Source of the DNA: Elusimicrobiota bacterium
GTDB taxonomy: Bacteria > Elusimicrobiota > Elusimicrobia > UBA1565 > UBA9628
Direction: 5' to 3'
DNA: 60,071 nt
Assembly (NCBI GenBank): GCA_016212825.1
Contig: JACRDS010000113.1
Coordinates: forward strand, 1-60,071
Part shown: piece by piece, positions 8,756 through 18,366 of the stretch
Layout of the letters: the number at the start of each line of letters is the position of its first letter
Numbering within the stretch: position 1 is the stretch's first letter
Notes under the pieces: model-generated
What the model was told of the DNA's origin: nothing
Seen by the model: the letters and a program-made list of their open reading frames with translations, nothing else
Databases searched by the model: none
Program-made: the position numbers and the translations under genes

Positions 8756-11308
8756 TTATTTCAGGCCGAGGGCCTTGAGCCCCGCCGCCGCGGTCGCATT
8801 GGCGGGGTCGAGGGCGCGGGCTTCCCGGAACCGCGCGGCGGCTTCCCGGACCCGGCCCAGAGCCAGTTCCGCCTGGCCCAGGTTGGCCAGGGCGGCCGCG
8901 TTGCGCGGGTCGCGGGCGACCACCTGCTCGAGATGGCCGCGCGCAGCTCCGGCCTGGCCGTGGACGAGGAGCAGGCTGCCGGCCAGGAAGCGGGCCTTGG
9001 CCATGTCCGGGAAGCGCTCGGTCAGGCGCAGGGCGGCGTCCAGGCTGGCCCGGGAATAGTCCCCCCGCCTCAGGCGCGCGTCGAGCTCCTGGAGCCGGGC
9101 CACGGCCTCGACGACCGGCGGCGCGGGGCGGCCCGCGCGCGCCGCCGCGGCCAGCAGGCCGGCCTGGGAGGCCTTCATGTCCGGGGCCAGGGCCAGGGCG
9201 CGGGAATAGGCCGCGATGGCGTCGTCCCAGCGCTTGTCCAGGGCGCGGAGGAAGCCGAGGTTGTGCCAGTGCTGGGCGTTCTCCGGGAAGAAGTGCGTGG
9301 CCCGCTCCAAGACCTCCCGCGCCTCGGCCCCGTGGCGGGACGGGTCCTGCAGCAGGACCGCGCTGAGGCTGTTGTAGACCTCGGCGGAGAGCGGGTTGAT
9401 CCGCCAGGCCATGCGGTAGAAGTCCAGGGCGCGCTCGGGCTCCTTGAGCCTGGAGAGCTTGACGGTCGCGATGTTGAAGTAGATCTCGTCGTAGCCCGCG
9501 TTGGCCCGCAGGGCCTGGGCGTAGGTCCGGTCCGCGTCGGCGAACCTCTCGGCGCGCGCGTAGGCGTTGCCCAGCTCGTAGACCGCGTTGACCTCGCGCG
9601 GGCCCCAGGCGCGGGAGAGCTCGAGCTCCCGGATGGCGCCGGGCAGGTTGCCCTGGCGGATGAGCTTGAAGCCGGCGAAGTAGTGCGTCTCGCGCTCCCA
9701 GACCCGGAGCCAGTACCAGCCCGCGCCCAGGGCCAGGAGCACGGCGCCTACCGCGGCGGCCCGGGCCGCGGCCGGCCGGGACAGGGTCCGCCAGCGCCCG
9801 CCCTCGGACTCCTGCGCCCCCCTCCCCATGGCCAACCCGGCCATCCACCAGAACAGGAACCCCGGCACGGCGAAGTGCAGGGAGACGTTGAGCAGGTTGT
9901 CGAGGAGCACGCCGGCGACCCCGGCCACGGCCGCGGCCCAGAGGCCGGGCATGCGCGCCGTGCCGGCCCAGCGCTTCGCGGACCAGAAGAAAGCCGTCCA
10001 CATCCAGGCCACGGCGCCCAGGCCGAGGAGGCCGGTCTGGGCCCAGAACTCGAGGACCTCGTTGTGGGCGTTGTTGGCGTGGGTGCGCAGGAAGCTGAAG
10101 CTGTCGAAGCTGTTGAGGAGATGGCCCTGGTAGAACGGGTAGAAGAGCTCGAAGAGCCCCCAGCCCTTCCCGGTGAGCGGGTTCTCGGCCCCCATGAGCC
10201 AGGCGCAGCCCCAGATGAGCAGGCGCTGGTGGAGGGGGCTGTAGGGGTTGCCGGACTGCGCGGCCTGCCCGATCTCGGTGAGGCGGCTGATGACGCTGGG
10301 GGTGTAGCCCGCGGAGATGGAGCTCGCCGGCCACAGCAGCACGACGGCCAGGGCCGCGGCCCCGAGCATGCCGCAGGGCCTCGGAGAGGCCAGGGCGGCG
10401 CGGCGCAGGTCCGGGAAGAGCCCCAGCAGGGCGACCGCGGCCAGGGCGCCGGCCCAGGAGGAGCGGGTCATGGTGCAGAGCAGCGCGGCCTGCAGGATCA
10501 GGGCCGCGGCGCCGTAGATGAGGCGGCGCCCCGTCGAGCGGGCTGCCAGGAAGCAGGCCACCGCGGCCGGCAGCAGCAGCACGTTGAAGGTGGAGAGGAA
10601 GTTGGGGTTGCCGAAGGACGAGACGGAGCGGCCGCCGTAGGGGTTGAGCACGTTGGGCCAGATGAACTCGAAATTGAAGTACTGGCAGATGCCGTAGAGC
10701 GAGGCCAGCGTCCCCGCGGCCAGGGCCAGGTGCAGGAAGTCCAGGACCCGGGCCCGGCGGCAGAGCGCGTAGGCTGCGGCCAGGCCGGCGGCCCAGACCA
10801 GGACTCCGTAGGGGTCCCAGACCTGCTGCCAGACCCCGGCGAGCGGGCTGCTCGGCGTGCGCAGCTGCGGATAGCCCAGCCACAGGAAGCCCCAGGCCAG
10901 GGCGAAGAACGCCCACGCTCCGGGGGGCGGTCCGTCCCCCTCCCAGGAGAGGGACGCTGACAGGTAGAAGGGGACCAGGCAGTTGCCCAGCAGGAAGATG
11001 GAGTTGCGCGAACCCTCGCTGGCCATGGAGGGTCGGAAGAACGCGGCGTGTCCGAGGTAGGCGACGGTCCAGCTCACGGCGCATGCGGCCAGCAGGCCCA
11101 GCCAGGGACCGTCGAGGGGGGTGCGGGGCAGGCGCAGCCCGTCGCGCGACAGGACCCCGCGCAGGACGTAGGCCGCGGCCGCGGCGGCCAGGGCGATGTT
11201 GAGCAGGGAGATCTGCGTGATGTACGGATTGCGCGTCAGGTTGGTGAAGAAGAGCAGGGGCGAGACGAAGTGGGCGGCGACGAGGGCCAGCGTGAAGGCG
11301 ACGGTCAT
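8756..11308 (-). CDS. O-antigen ligase/polymerase-like (Wzy_C family) polytopic membrane protein with C-terminal TPR repeats
   Basis: 850 aa. The first ~520 aa contain many TM helices and a Wzy_C-like loop (RSSWAGALAAVALL, HANNAHNEVLEFWAQTGLLG). The C-terminal ~330 aa are TPR-like repeats (AVYELGNAYARAERFADADRTYAQALR, etc.). Confidence 0.8.
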   Translation of the reverse strand: MTVAFTLALVAAHFVSPLLFFTNLTRNPYITQISLLNIALAAAAAAYVLRGVLSRDGLRLPRTPLDGPWLGLLAACAVSWTVAYLGHAAFFRPSMASEGSRNSIFLLGNCLVPFYLSASLSWEGDGPPPGAWAFFALAWGFLWLGYPQLRTPSSPLAGVWQQVWDPYGVLVWAAGLAAAYALCRRARVLDFLHLALAAGTLASLYGICQYFNFEFIWPNVLNPYGGRSVSSFGNPNFLSTFNVLLLPAAVACFLAARSTGRRLIYGAAALILQAALLCTMTRSSWAGALAAVALLGLFPDLRRAALASPRPCGMLGAAALAVVLLWPASSISAGYTPSVISRLTEIGQAAQSGNPYSPLHQRLLIWGCAWLMGAENPLTGKGWGLFELFYPFYQGHLLNSFDSFSFLRTHANNAHNEVLEFWAQTGLLGLGAVAWMWTAFFWSAKRWAGTARMPGLWAAAVAGVAGVLLDNLLNVSLHFAVPGFLFWWMAGLAMGRGAQESEGGRWRTLSRPAAARAAAVGAVLLALGAGWYWLRVWERETHYFAGFKLIRQGNLPGAIRELELSRAWGPREVNAVYELGNAYARAERFADADRTYAQALRANAGYDEIYFNIATVKLSRLKEPERALDFYRMAWRINPLSAEVYNSLSAVLLQDPSRHGAEAREVLERATHFFPENAQHWHNLGFLRALDKRWDDAIAAYSRALALAPDMKASQAGLLAAAARAGRPAPPVVEAVARLQELDARLRRGDYSRASLDAALRLTERFPDMAKARFLAGSLLLVHGQAGAARGHLEQVVARDPRNAAALANLGQAELALGRVREAAARFREARALDPANATAAAGLKALGLK

Positions 11309-11330
11309 GTGGCCATGGGAGGAAGATCTG

Positions 11331-11402
11331 AGCCGGAGATGGGACTCGAACCCACAACCTATCGCTTACGAAGCGATTGCTCTACCATTGAGCTACCCCG
11401 GC
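11331..11402 (-). tRNA. tRNA-Thr (anticodon CGU)
   Basis: Minus-strand sequence GCCGGGGTAGCTCAATGGTAGAGCAATCGCTTCGTAAGCGATAGGTTGTGGGTTCGAGTCCCATCTCCGGCT. It folds as a cloverleaf: a 7-bp acceptor stem with one G-U pair, a D arm, an anticodon loop TTCGTAA (anticodon CGT) and a T arm GTGGG-TTCGAGT-CCCAT. CCA is not encoded. Confidence 0.9.
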
Positions 11403-11450
11403 GCGGACAGGATTCTATCATTGTGCGCGCGGGAAGGCAAAGGCCGGCAC

Positions 11451-12719
11451 CTACGGCACGACCGGGAAGGAGCGGTCCGCGCTGCGCGCTCGGGTCATGG
11501 CGATGCGCCGGCTCCGCACGTCGCCTTTCTCGTCGAAGCTCGTGACCCCCAGCAGGCCGGCATGGCGGGTGCGCCGGACGGCCTTCAGGACGCGCGCGCG
11601 TTCGGGACCTACGGCCTGCAGGGCCTCCAGGATGATGCGCGCGGCCTCGTAGCCGTAGTGGTCGAAGGGGCGCGGGCCTTCGTCCCCCCAGCGGGCCCGG
11701 TAGGCGCCGATGAAGTCCCTGGCCCCGGGCAGCGTCTCGACCGGAGCTCCGGCCGTGGTCAGGTAGGCGCCGTCGGCCGAGCCTCCCGCCACGTCGAAGA
11801 GCACGGGCGTGCGGGCCCCGTCGCCGGAGCAGAACAGGAGCCGCAGCCTCAGGCGCGAGAGGCCCCTGAGGATGAGCCCGGCCTCCGGATAGCGCCCCCC
11901 GAAGAAGACCCCCTGCAGGCCGGGGGCCTGGAGGCTCTCCAGCGCCGCGCTGATGTCGCGCGAGCCGACCTTCACGACGGCCTCGGCCAGGACCTTCCCG
12001 CCCAGACGCCGGAACGTGCGCCGGAACTCTTCCGCCAGCCCCTGCCCGTAGAGGGTGCCGTCGTGCAGGACGGCCATCCGCTCCTGGCGCAGGCGCCCGC
12101 GCAGGTATTCCGCCGCGAAGCTGCCCTGCAGGTCGTCCGTGGGCACCAGGCGGAACACCACCCGGGCTCCCGGCCAATCGGGCCGCAGCTGGCGGCGGGT
12201 GACCTCGGGGTTCGTCGAGGCCGGGGAGATCATGGCCAGCGGGGCCCGGGCGTAGACCTGCGAGGCGCTGGCGGAGCAGTCCGAACTGTAGTGCCCGACC
12301 ACCGCCACGATCCGAGGGTCGGCCACGACCAGGTTGGCGACGTTGCGGGCCTCTTCCGGGTCGGCCCGGTCGTCGAACGCGACGGCCTCCACCCGGAAGG
12401 GGAGCTTCCCGGAAGCGTTGGCCTCCTCGAGCGCCAGGTCCACGGCGCGCCGCAGGCCGGCCCCTTCGCTGCCCAGGTCGCCGGTCAGGGGCAGGGCCAC
12501 CGCGATGCGCACGGCCTGACGGCGAGAGACGCAGCCGGCCCAGCCCAGGGCCAGGGCCGACACGACCGCGCCGGCGGTAAGGAGGTGCGTCCCGCCGGCA
12601 CCTGCGGAATTTCCGATGCCGCAGGCGCCGGCCAGGAACGATCCCAGCCGGCGCCGCGGTCCGGTCAGCTCGACCTTAACGGACAAGGCGCACCAGTATA
12701 GCTGAATGCCCGGTTTCAT
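11451..12719 (-). CDS. Branched-chain amino acid type ABC substrate-binding lipoprotein (LivK/Peripla_BP_6-like), no partner permease genes nearby
   Basis: The ORF 11451..12803 is trimmed to the ATG at 12719. It has a lipobox LGWAGC. RIAVALPLTGDLGSEGAGLRRAVDLALEEANASG...VGHYSSDCSASASQVYA...ISPASTNP is typical of Leu/Ile/Val-binding proteins. Confidence 0.75.
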   Translation of the reverse strand: MKPGIQLYWCALSVKVELTGPRRRLGSFLAGACGIGNSAGAGGTHLLTAGAVVSALALGWAGCVSRRQAVRIAVALPLTGDLGSEGAGLRRAVDLALEEANASGKLPFRVEAVAFDDRADPEEARNVANLVVADPRIVAVVGHYSSDCSASASQVYARAPLAMISPASTNPEVTRRQLRPDWPGARVVFRLVPTDDLQGSFAAEYLRGRLRQERMAVLHDGTLYGQGLAEEFRRTFRRLGGKVLAEAVVKVGSRDISAALESLQAPGLQGVFFGGRYPEAGLILRGLSRLRLRLLFCSGDGARTPVLFDVAGGSADGAYLTTAGAPVETLPGARDFIGAYRARWGDEGPRPFDHYGYEAARIILEALQAVGPERARVLKAVRRTRHAGLLGVTSFDEKGDVRSRRIAMTRARSADRSFPVVP

Positions 12720-12756
12720 TGCAACCCGGGGAGGCCATTCGCTATAATCTCTGCTT

Positions 12757-14805
12757 ATGATAAAGCGAATCGTGCCTGAGTGGATGGTCCCCCGGGGCGG
12801 CACCTACAGGAAGCCCAAGGACTGGGCGGACAACCTCAAGCCCGATCCGGACGGCACACCCGCGCATCCCGAGACCCCGCACGATCTGCGCCAGGCCATC
12901 CGCAGGGCCCAGGAGGCGGTGCTGCGCTGCCAGGACAAGGGCCAGGGCTTCTGGTGCGCCGACCTCAAGGCCGACACGACCATCGACTCCGACACCATCA
13001 TGCTGTACAATTTCCTGGGCCGGGGCGGCTCGGTCAAGATCCGCAAGCTCGCCGCCCACATCCTCAGGGAGCAGCTCCCCTGCGGCGGCTGGCCCATCTA
13101 CCGCAACGGCCCGGCCGACATCTCGGCCACGGTCAAGGCCTACTGGGCCCTCAAGTTCTCCGGCTATCAGGCCACGGACGAGCGCCTGGCCAGGGCGCGG
13201 CGGCGCATCCGGGAGCTCGGCGGCATCCACAAGGTCAACACCTACACCAAATTCTACATGGCCATCTTCGGGCAGTACGATTGGCGCGGGGTGCCGACCA
13301 TCCCGCCCGAGCTCATGCTCTTCCCGAGCTGGTTCTACTTCAACATCTACGAGATGTCTTCTTGGACCCGCGCCATCGTGGTCCCCCTCTCCATCGTCTG
13401 GTCCTACCAGCCCGCCATCCCCTGCCCGCCGCACGCGTCGCTGGGCGAACTCTTCCCGGACTCCCGCCGGTACGTGCCGCTCAAGGAGGCCGTGGAGCCG
13501 CACGGGGTCCTGTCCTGGACCACCTTCTTCCTGCTCTGGGACCAGGGCCTCAAGGCCATGGAGGGCCGGGGCGGCCACTGGATCCGCCTCTGGGCCCTGC
13601 GCCTGGCCGAGGACTGGATGCTGGAGCGCCTGCAGAACTCCGACGGCCTGGGCGCCATCTACCCGGGCATCGTCAACACCATCATGGCCATGAAGTGCCT
13701 GGGCTACCCGGACACGGACCCGCGCCTGGTCGAACAGCTCGAGGAGCTCGACCGCCTGGAACTGCCCGACGCGGACGGCAACGCGACCCAGTGGCAGCCC
13801 TGCCGCTCCCCGGTCTGGGACACGGCCATCTCGGTCATCTCCCTGGCGGAATCCGGGATGGAACGGGGGCATCCGGCCTTGGTGCGGGCCGCGGACTGGC
13901 TGCTGACCAAGGAGATCCGGACCGCGGGGGACTGGAAGGTGACCAACCCGGCCGGGCCCGTGGGCGGCTGGGCCTTCGAGTTCGACAACGCCTTCTACCC
14001 GGACATCGACGATTCCGCCATGGTCATGCTGGCCCTGCGCCACGTGCACCTCGACGAGCACACCGCGCACCGGCGCGAGAAGGCCTGCCTGCGCGGCCTG
14101 AACTGGCTGCTCTCCATGCAGTCGCGCGCCGGCGGCTGGGCCGCGTTCGACAAGGACAACACCAAGGTCATCCTGACCAAGATCCCCTTCTCCGACCACA
14201 ACGCCATGATCGACCCGCCCTGGGCCGACATCACGGGCCGGGTGCTCGAGTTCCTCGGTTACATCGGCTACGACCAGGGCTACCCGGCCGCGGCCCGCGC
14301 GGTGCGCTTCCTGCGCCGCGAGCAGGAGGAGGACGGCTCCTGGTTCGGCCGCTGGGGCGTCAACTACATCTACGGCACCTGGCAGGTCCTGCGCGGCCTG
14401 GCCGCCATCGACGAGGACATGAGCCAGCCCTACGTCCGGCGCGCGGCCGAGTGGATCAGGTCCGTCCAACTGCCGGACGGCGGCTGGGGCGAGACCTGCG
14501 CCACCTACTCCGACCCGTCCCTCAAGGGCAAGGGCCCGGCCACGCCGTCCCAGACCGCCTGGGCGGTCATGGGCCTCATGGCCGCGGGGATCTACGACGA
14601 CTCGGTGCGCCGCGGCGTGGAATGGCTCATCCGCAACCAGCGGCCGGACGGCACCTGGGACGAGACCGAGTACACGGGGACGGGCTTCCCCAAGGTCTTC
14701 TACCTCGAGTACACCATGTACCGCAACTACTTCCCCCTCCACGCCCTGGGCGTCTACCAGTCGGCCCTGGGCGCGGTCCTCTCCGGCGAGGAAGAGGTCG
14801 TCTAG
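12757..14805 (+). CDS. shc: Squalene-hopene cyclase
   Basis: 682 aa with the DxDD catalytic motif (YPDIDDSAMV) and repeated QW motifs (e.g. QLPDGGWGE, QRPDGTWDE, QSRAGGWAAF). The genomic context is hpn genes. Confidence 0.95.
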   Translation: MIKRIVPEWMVPRGGTYRKPKDWADNLKPDPDGTPAHPETPHDLRQAIRRAQEAVLRCQDKGQGFWCADLKADTTIDSDTIMLYNFLGRGGSVKIRKLAAHILREQLPCGGWPIYRNGPADISATVKAYWALKFSGYQATDERLARARRRIRELGGIHKVNTYTKFYMAIFGQYDWRGVPTIPPELMLFPSWFYFNIYEMSSWTRAIVVPLSIVWSYQPAIPCPPHASLGELFPDSRRYVPLKEAVEPHGVLSWTTFFLLWDQGLKAMEGRGGHWIRLWALRLAEDWMLERLQNSDGLGAIYPGIVNTIMAMKCLGYPDTDPRLVEQLEELDRLELPDADGNATQWQPCRSPVWDTAISVISLAESGMERGHPALVRAADWLLTKEIRTAGDWKVTNPAGPVGGWAFEFDNAFYPDIDDSAMVMLALRHVHLDEHTAHRREKACLRGLNWLLSMQSRAGGWAAFDKDNTKVILTKIPFSDHNAMIDPPWADITGRVLEFLGYIGYDQGYPAAARAVRFLRREQEEDGSWFGRWGVNYIYGTWQVLRGLAAIDEDMSQPYVRRAAEWIRSVQLPDGGWGETCATYSDPSLKGKGPATPSQTAWAVMGLMAAGIYDDSVRRGVEWLIRNQRPDGTWDETEYTGTGFPKVFYLEYTMYRNYFPLHALGVYQSALGAVLSGEEEVV

Positions 14806-14811
14806 GCGGAC

Positions 14812-15864
14812 ATGCCCTCCCCCCTCTCCCTGCAGTTGGCGGTCTTCCGCTACATCCTGGGCCGCAAGCTCAAGGGCGACCAGCGCTTCCCCCTGGTGCT
14901 CATGCTCGAACCCCTCTTCGCCTGCAACCTGGAATGCGCGGGCTGCGGCAAGGTGCAGTTCCCCCCGGACGTCCTCAAGAAGCGCCTGAGCCCGGAGGCG
15001 TGCTGGGAGGCGGCCGAGGAATGCGGCGCCCCCGTGGTCTCGGTGGCGGGCGGCGAGCCCCTCATCCACCCCGACATCGACCGCATCGTCGACGGCCTGA
15101 CGCGCCGCGGCAAGTTCGTCTTCCTGTGCACCAACGCCCTGCTGCTGGAGAAGAACCTGCACCGCTTCAAGCCCTCCGCGCGCCTGATCCTCTCCGTGCA
15201 CCTCGACGGCCGCGAGCCGGTGCACGACCGCATCGTCTGCCGCCAGGGCGTGCACAAGACGGCGGTCTCGGCCATCCGGGCGGCCAAGGCCGCGGGCTTC
15301 CGGGTGATGACCAACTCCACCATCTTCCAGGGCCAGGACCCGGCCGAGTTCCGGCGCTTCTGCGAGGAGCTCGCCGGCCTGGGCACGGACGGCATCATGA
15401 TCGCGCCCGGCTTCGCCTACGAGAAGGCCAAGGGCCAGGAGATGTTCCTCAAGACGGACCAGACCAAGGCCTGGTTCCGTGAGGCCCTCAAGGACTGGCG
15501 CCGGATGGGCTGGGACTTCAACCACAGCCCCTTCTACCTCGATTTCCTCGAGGGCAAGCGGGACTACGACTGCACGCCCTGGGGCCTGCCCCTGCGCAAC
15601 GTGCTGGGCTGGCAGAGGCCCTGCTACCTCTTCGAGGAGGGCGGCTACGCCCGGACTTACAGGGAGCTGCTCGCCACCACGCGCTGGGACCAGTACGGCC
15701 GGGCCTCCGGGCACCCGGCCTGCGCCCACTGCATGTCGCACGTGGGCTTCGAGCCCTCCTCGGTCGTCGACGCCTTCTCCTCCCCCAAGCGCTTCCTGGA
15801 GCTGGTCTGGGACTACGCCACCATCCGCGGGCCGCGCAAGGCGCAGGCCGCCTACCCGCGCTGA
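14812..15864 (+). CDS. hpnH: Hopanoid biosynthesis radical SAM protein HpnH (adenosylhopane synthase)
   Basis: 350 aa. The N-terminus LQLAVFRYILGRKLKG and CNLECAGCG radical SAM cluster motif are typical of HpnH. It lies immediately downstream of shc. Confidence 0.9.
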   Translation: MPSPLSLQLAVFRYILGRKLKGDQRFPLVLMLEPLFACNLECAGCGKVQFPPDVLKKRLSPEACWEAAEECGAPVVSVAGGEPLIHPDIDRIVDGLTRRGKFVFLCTNALLLEKNLHRFKPSARLILSVHLDGREPVHDRIVCRQGVHKTAVSAIRAAKAAGFRVMTNSTIFQGQDPAEFRRFCEELAGLGTDGIMIAPGFAYEKAKGQEMFLKTDQTKAWFREALKDWRRMGWDFNHSPFYLDFLEGKRDYDCTPWGLPLRNVLGWQRPCYLFEEGGYARTYRELLATTRWDQYGRASGHPACAHCMSHVGFEPSSVVDAFSSPKRFLELVWDYATIRGPRKAQAAYPR

Positions 15865-16865
15865 TGGACACGGCCTTCGTCACCGGCGGCACGGGGTTCG
15901 TGGGCGCCAACCTGGTGCGCCTGCTCCTGGAGAAGGGCCTGAGGGTCAGGGCCCTGGTGCGCCAGGGCTCCGACCGCGCCAACCTCGACGGGCTGGACGT
16001 GGAGACCGTCAAGGGCGGAGTGCTCGACCAGGACGCCCTGCGCGCCGGCTGCGCCGGGGCGCGCTACGTCTTTCACGTGGCCGCGGACTACCGCATCTGG
16101 GTGCCGGACCCCGCCGAGATGCGCCGGGTCAACGTGGACGGCAGCGTCAACGTGGTCCGCGCCGCGGCCGCGGCCGGCGCCGAGCGCGTGGTCTACTGCT
16201 CCAGCGTGGCCGCGATCATGCCGCCCCACGGCCGCACGCCGGTCGACGAGACCTCCCGCTATCCGGGCGTGGACGCGGTGCCCGGGGACTACAAGAAGTC
16301 CAAGTACCTCGCGGAGCTGGCGGTGCTGGAGTTCGCCGCCCAGGGCGCCCCCGTGGTCGCGGTCAACCCGGCCGCTCCCATCGGGCCCTACGACCGCAAG
16401 CCCACCCCGACCGGGAAGATCCTGGTGGACTTCCTCAACGGCCGCATGCCCTCCTACATCGACACGGGCCTCAACGTGGTGCACGTGCGCGACGTGGCCC
16501 TGGGACACTGGCTGGCCGCGCAGAAAGGGCGCGTGGGCGAGCGCTACATCCTGGGCGGCGAGAACCTGACCTTCAAGGGGATACTGGACATCCTCTCCGA
16601 GGTGTCGGGACGGCCCGCGCCGCGCTTCAAGACCCCTTACGCCGTGGCCTACGGCTTCGCCGCGGTGGACACCGCCGTCTCGCGCCTGACCGGCTCGGAG
16701 CCGCGCGCCCCGCTCGACGCGGTGCGCATGGCCAAGCACTACATGTGGTACGATTCCGGCAAGGCCGCGCGCGAGCTGGGCTACGCCCCGGCGCCGGCGC
16801 GCCAGGCCCTGGCCGACGCGGTGGCTTGGTTCAAGGCCAACGGCTACGTGAGGGACGCCGCGTGA
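15864..16865 (+). CDS. hpnA: Hopanoid-associated NAD-dependent sugar epimerase/dehydratase family protein HpnA
   Basis: 333 aa with Rossmann motif VTGGTGFVGANLV and YxxxK (YKKSKYLAE). It sits inside the hpn cluster. Confidence 0.8.
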   Translation: MDTAFVTGGTGFVGANLVRLLLEKGLRVRALVRQGSDRANLDGLDVETVKGGVLDQDALRAGCAGARYVFHVAADYRIWVPDPAEMRRVNVDGSVNVVRAAAAAGAERVVYCSSVAAIMPPHGRTPVDETSRYPGVDAVPGDYKKSKYLAELAVLEFAAQGAPVVAVNPAAPIGPYDRKPTPTGKILVDFLNGRMPSYIDTGLNVVHVRDVALGHWLAAQKGRVGERYILGGENLTFKGILDILSEVSGRPAPRFKTPYAVAYGFAAVDTAVSRLTGSEPRAPLDAVRMAKHYMWYDSGKAARELGYAPAPARQALADAVAWFKANGYVRDAA

Positions 16866-17458
16866 GGAACGTCCTCGTGGCGGCGGCCACGCGCTGGGAG
16901 TCGGAGCCCATCCGCAGGGCGCTCTCCCGCCCGGCCCTCGTCCTGCGCACGGGCCTGGGGCCCGCGGCCGCCTCGGCGGCTCTGGCGCGGCTGGAGACGG
17001 AGCCCGCCCTGGTCGTGAGCGCCGGCTTCGCCGGCGCCCTGCAGCCGGACCTGCGCTGCGGCGACCTGGTCGCCTGCCAGCTCACCCCCTGCCCGCAGGC
17101 CGCCAAAGCCTTGGAGACCTCGGCCGTGGGCTTGGGCGTGGTCCCGCGCTTCGGCCGCATCCTGCACTCGGATTTCGTCCTGACCACGCCGGAGCAGAAG
17201 CGGGAAGCAGGCGAGCGCAGCGGCGCCCTGGCCGTGGACATGGAGTCCTCGGCCATCGCGGCCTGGGCCCGCGGGCGCGGGCTGCCCGCCCTCGCGGTGC
17301 GCGTGGTCTTCGACGAGCTCGACCGGCCCCTGCCCGCCGCGGGCTGGGCCATGCTCAACCCGTTCTTCTGGCCCCGGCTGGCCGCGTTCTGGCCCGTGCA
17401 GCGGCGCGCGGCCGCGGTCCTGTCTTCCGTCATGAGATCGTTCCTGGAGGCGCTGTGA
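16862..17458 (+). CDS. hpnG: Hopanoid-associated phosphorylase/nucleosidase HpnG (PNP_UDP_1 family)
   Basis: A GTG start at 16862 overlaps the hpnA stop (GTGA). It reads VRNVLVAAATRWESEPI...VVSAGFAGAL...ALAVDMESSAIAAWA, typical of MTA/SAH-nucleosidase-like HpnG. It is the 3' part of the long track ORF 15479..17458. Confidence 0.75.
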   Translation: MRNVLVAAATRWESEPIRRALSRPALVLRTGLGPAAASAALARLETEPALVVSAGFAGALQPDLRCGDLVACQLTPCPQAAKALETSAVGLGVVPRFGRILHSDFVLTTPEQKREAGERSGALAVDMESSAIAAWARGRGLPALAVRVVFDELDRPLPAAGWAMLNPFFWPRLAAFWPVQRRAAAVLSSVMRSFLEAL

Positions 17459-18366
17459 ACAGCCTGCTCAACCGCACTTTGGAGTCCGCCTCGCGCCGCG
17501 TGGAGGCGGTCCTCGGCCGCCTGCTCAAGGCCAAGCCCGAGGAGCCGGCGTCCATCCGCAAGGCCATGCGCTACTCCCTCTTCGCCGGCGGCAAGCGCCT
17601 GCGGCCCGCTTTGGTGGCCGCCGGCGCGGAGTGCTGCGGCGGCCGCGCCGCCCGCGTCCTCAAAGCCGGCGCGGCCCTGGAGATGATCCACACCTACTCG
17701 CTCATCCACGACGACCTGCCGGCCATGGACGACGACGACCTGCGCCGCGGCAAGCCCACCAGCCATAAGGTCTTCGGCGAGGCCCTGGCCATCCTGGCGG
17801 GCGACGGCCTGCTGACCTTGGCTTTCGAGACCGCGGCCGCCAACGCCAGGGAGTGCGGGCTGGGCGCCGCGGACACGTCCGAGTTCATCCGGGTCATCGC
17901 CGCGGGCGCGGGCACCTCGGGCATGGTGGGCGGCCAAGTCGCGGACCTGGGGGCTGAGAAGTGGAAGGGCCGGCTGTCCCGGGCCAAGGCCGGCCGCCTG
18001 CTCGAGTACATCCACCTGCACAAGACCGGCGCGCTCATCACGGCCAGCCTGGAGGCGGGCGCCATCCTGGCCAAGGCCTCCGCGGCCCAGCGCCGCGCCC
18101 TGCGCGCCTACGGCCGCGCCATCGGGCTCTCCTTTCAGATCGCCGACGACATCCTCGACTTGGTCGGGGATAAAGACAAGCTGGGCAAGCGGGGCTCCGA
18201 CGCGGCCAACCAGAAGCTGACCTACGTCTCGCTCTACGGCCTGGAGCGCGCCCGGGCGGAGGCGGCTTCATTGACCCGGCGCGCCCACCGAGCCCTGGCC
18301 CCCTTCGGGGCCCGGGCCGCGGTGCTGCACGAGCTGGCCGACTACATCGTCACGAGGGATAGATGA
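17455..18366 (+). CDS. ispA: Polyprenyl diphosphate synthase (farnesyl/geranylgeranyl diphosphate synthase, IspA-type)
   Basis: 303 aa with the first Asp-rich motif LIHDDLPAMDDDDLRRGKPT and the second, FQIADDILD. Confidence 0.9.
   Translation: MNSLLNRTLESASRRVEAVLGRLLKAKPEEPASIRKAMRYSLFAGGKRLRPALVAAGAECCGGRAARVLKAGAALEMIHTYSLIHDDLPAMDDDDLRRGKPTSHKVFGEALAILAGDGLLTLAFETAAANARECGLGAADTSEFIRVIAAGAGTSGMVGGQVADLGAEKWKGRLSRAKAGRLLEYIHLHKTGALITASLEAGAILAKASAAQRRALRAYGRAIGLSFQIADDILDLVGDKDKLGKRGSDAANQKLTYVSLYGLERARAEAASLTRRAHRALAPFGARAAVLHELADYIVTRDR

Noticed and set aside
8748-11357. An 869-aa minus-strand ORF in an alternative frame, and the 675-aa plus-strand ORF 8933..10960, both over the Wzy_C/TPR gene.
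   Set aside because: Both give Arg/Pro/Gly-rich low-complexity translations. The 8756..11308 frame gives coherent TM helices and TPR repeats. The 8748..11357 ORF would also run through the tRNA gene.
11331-11402. tRNA-Thr as a possible integration site marking a genomic island that carries the Wzy_C and pilus genes.
   Set aside because: There is no integrase, no direct repeat of the tRNA 3' end and no mobility genes. I could see no obvious compositional break on either side.
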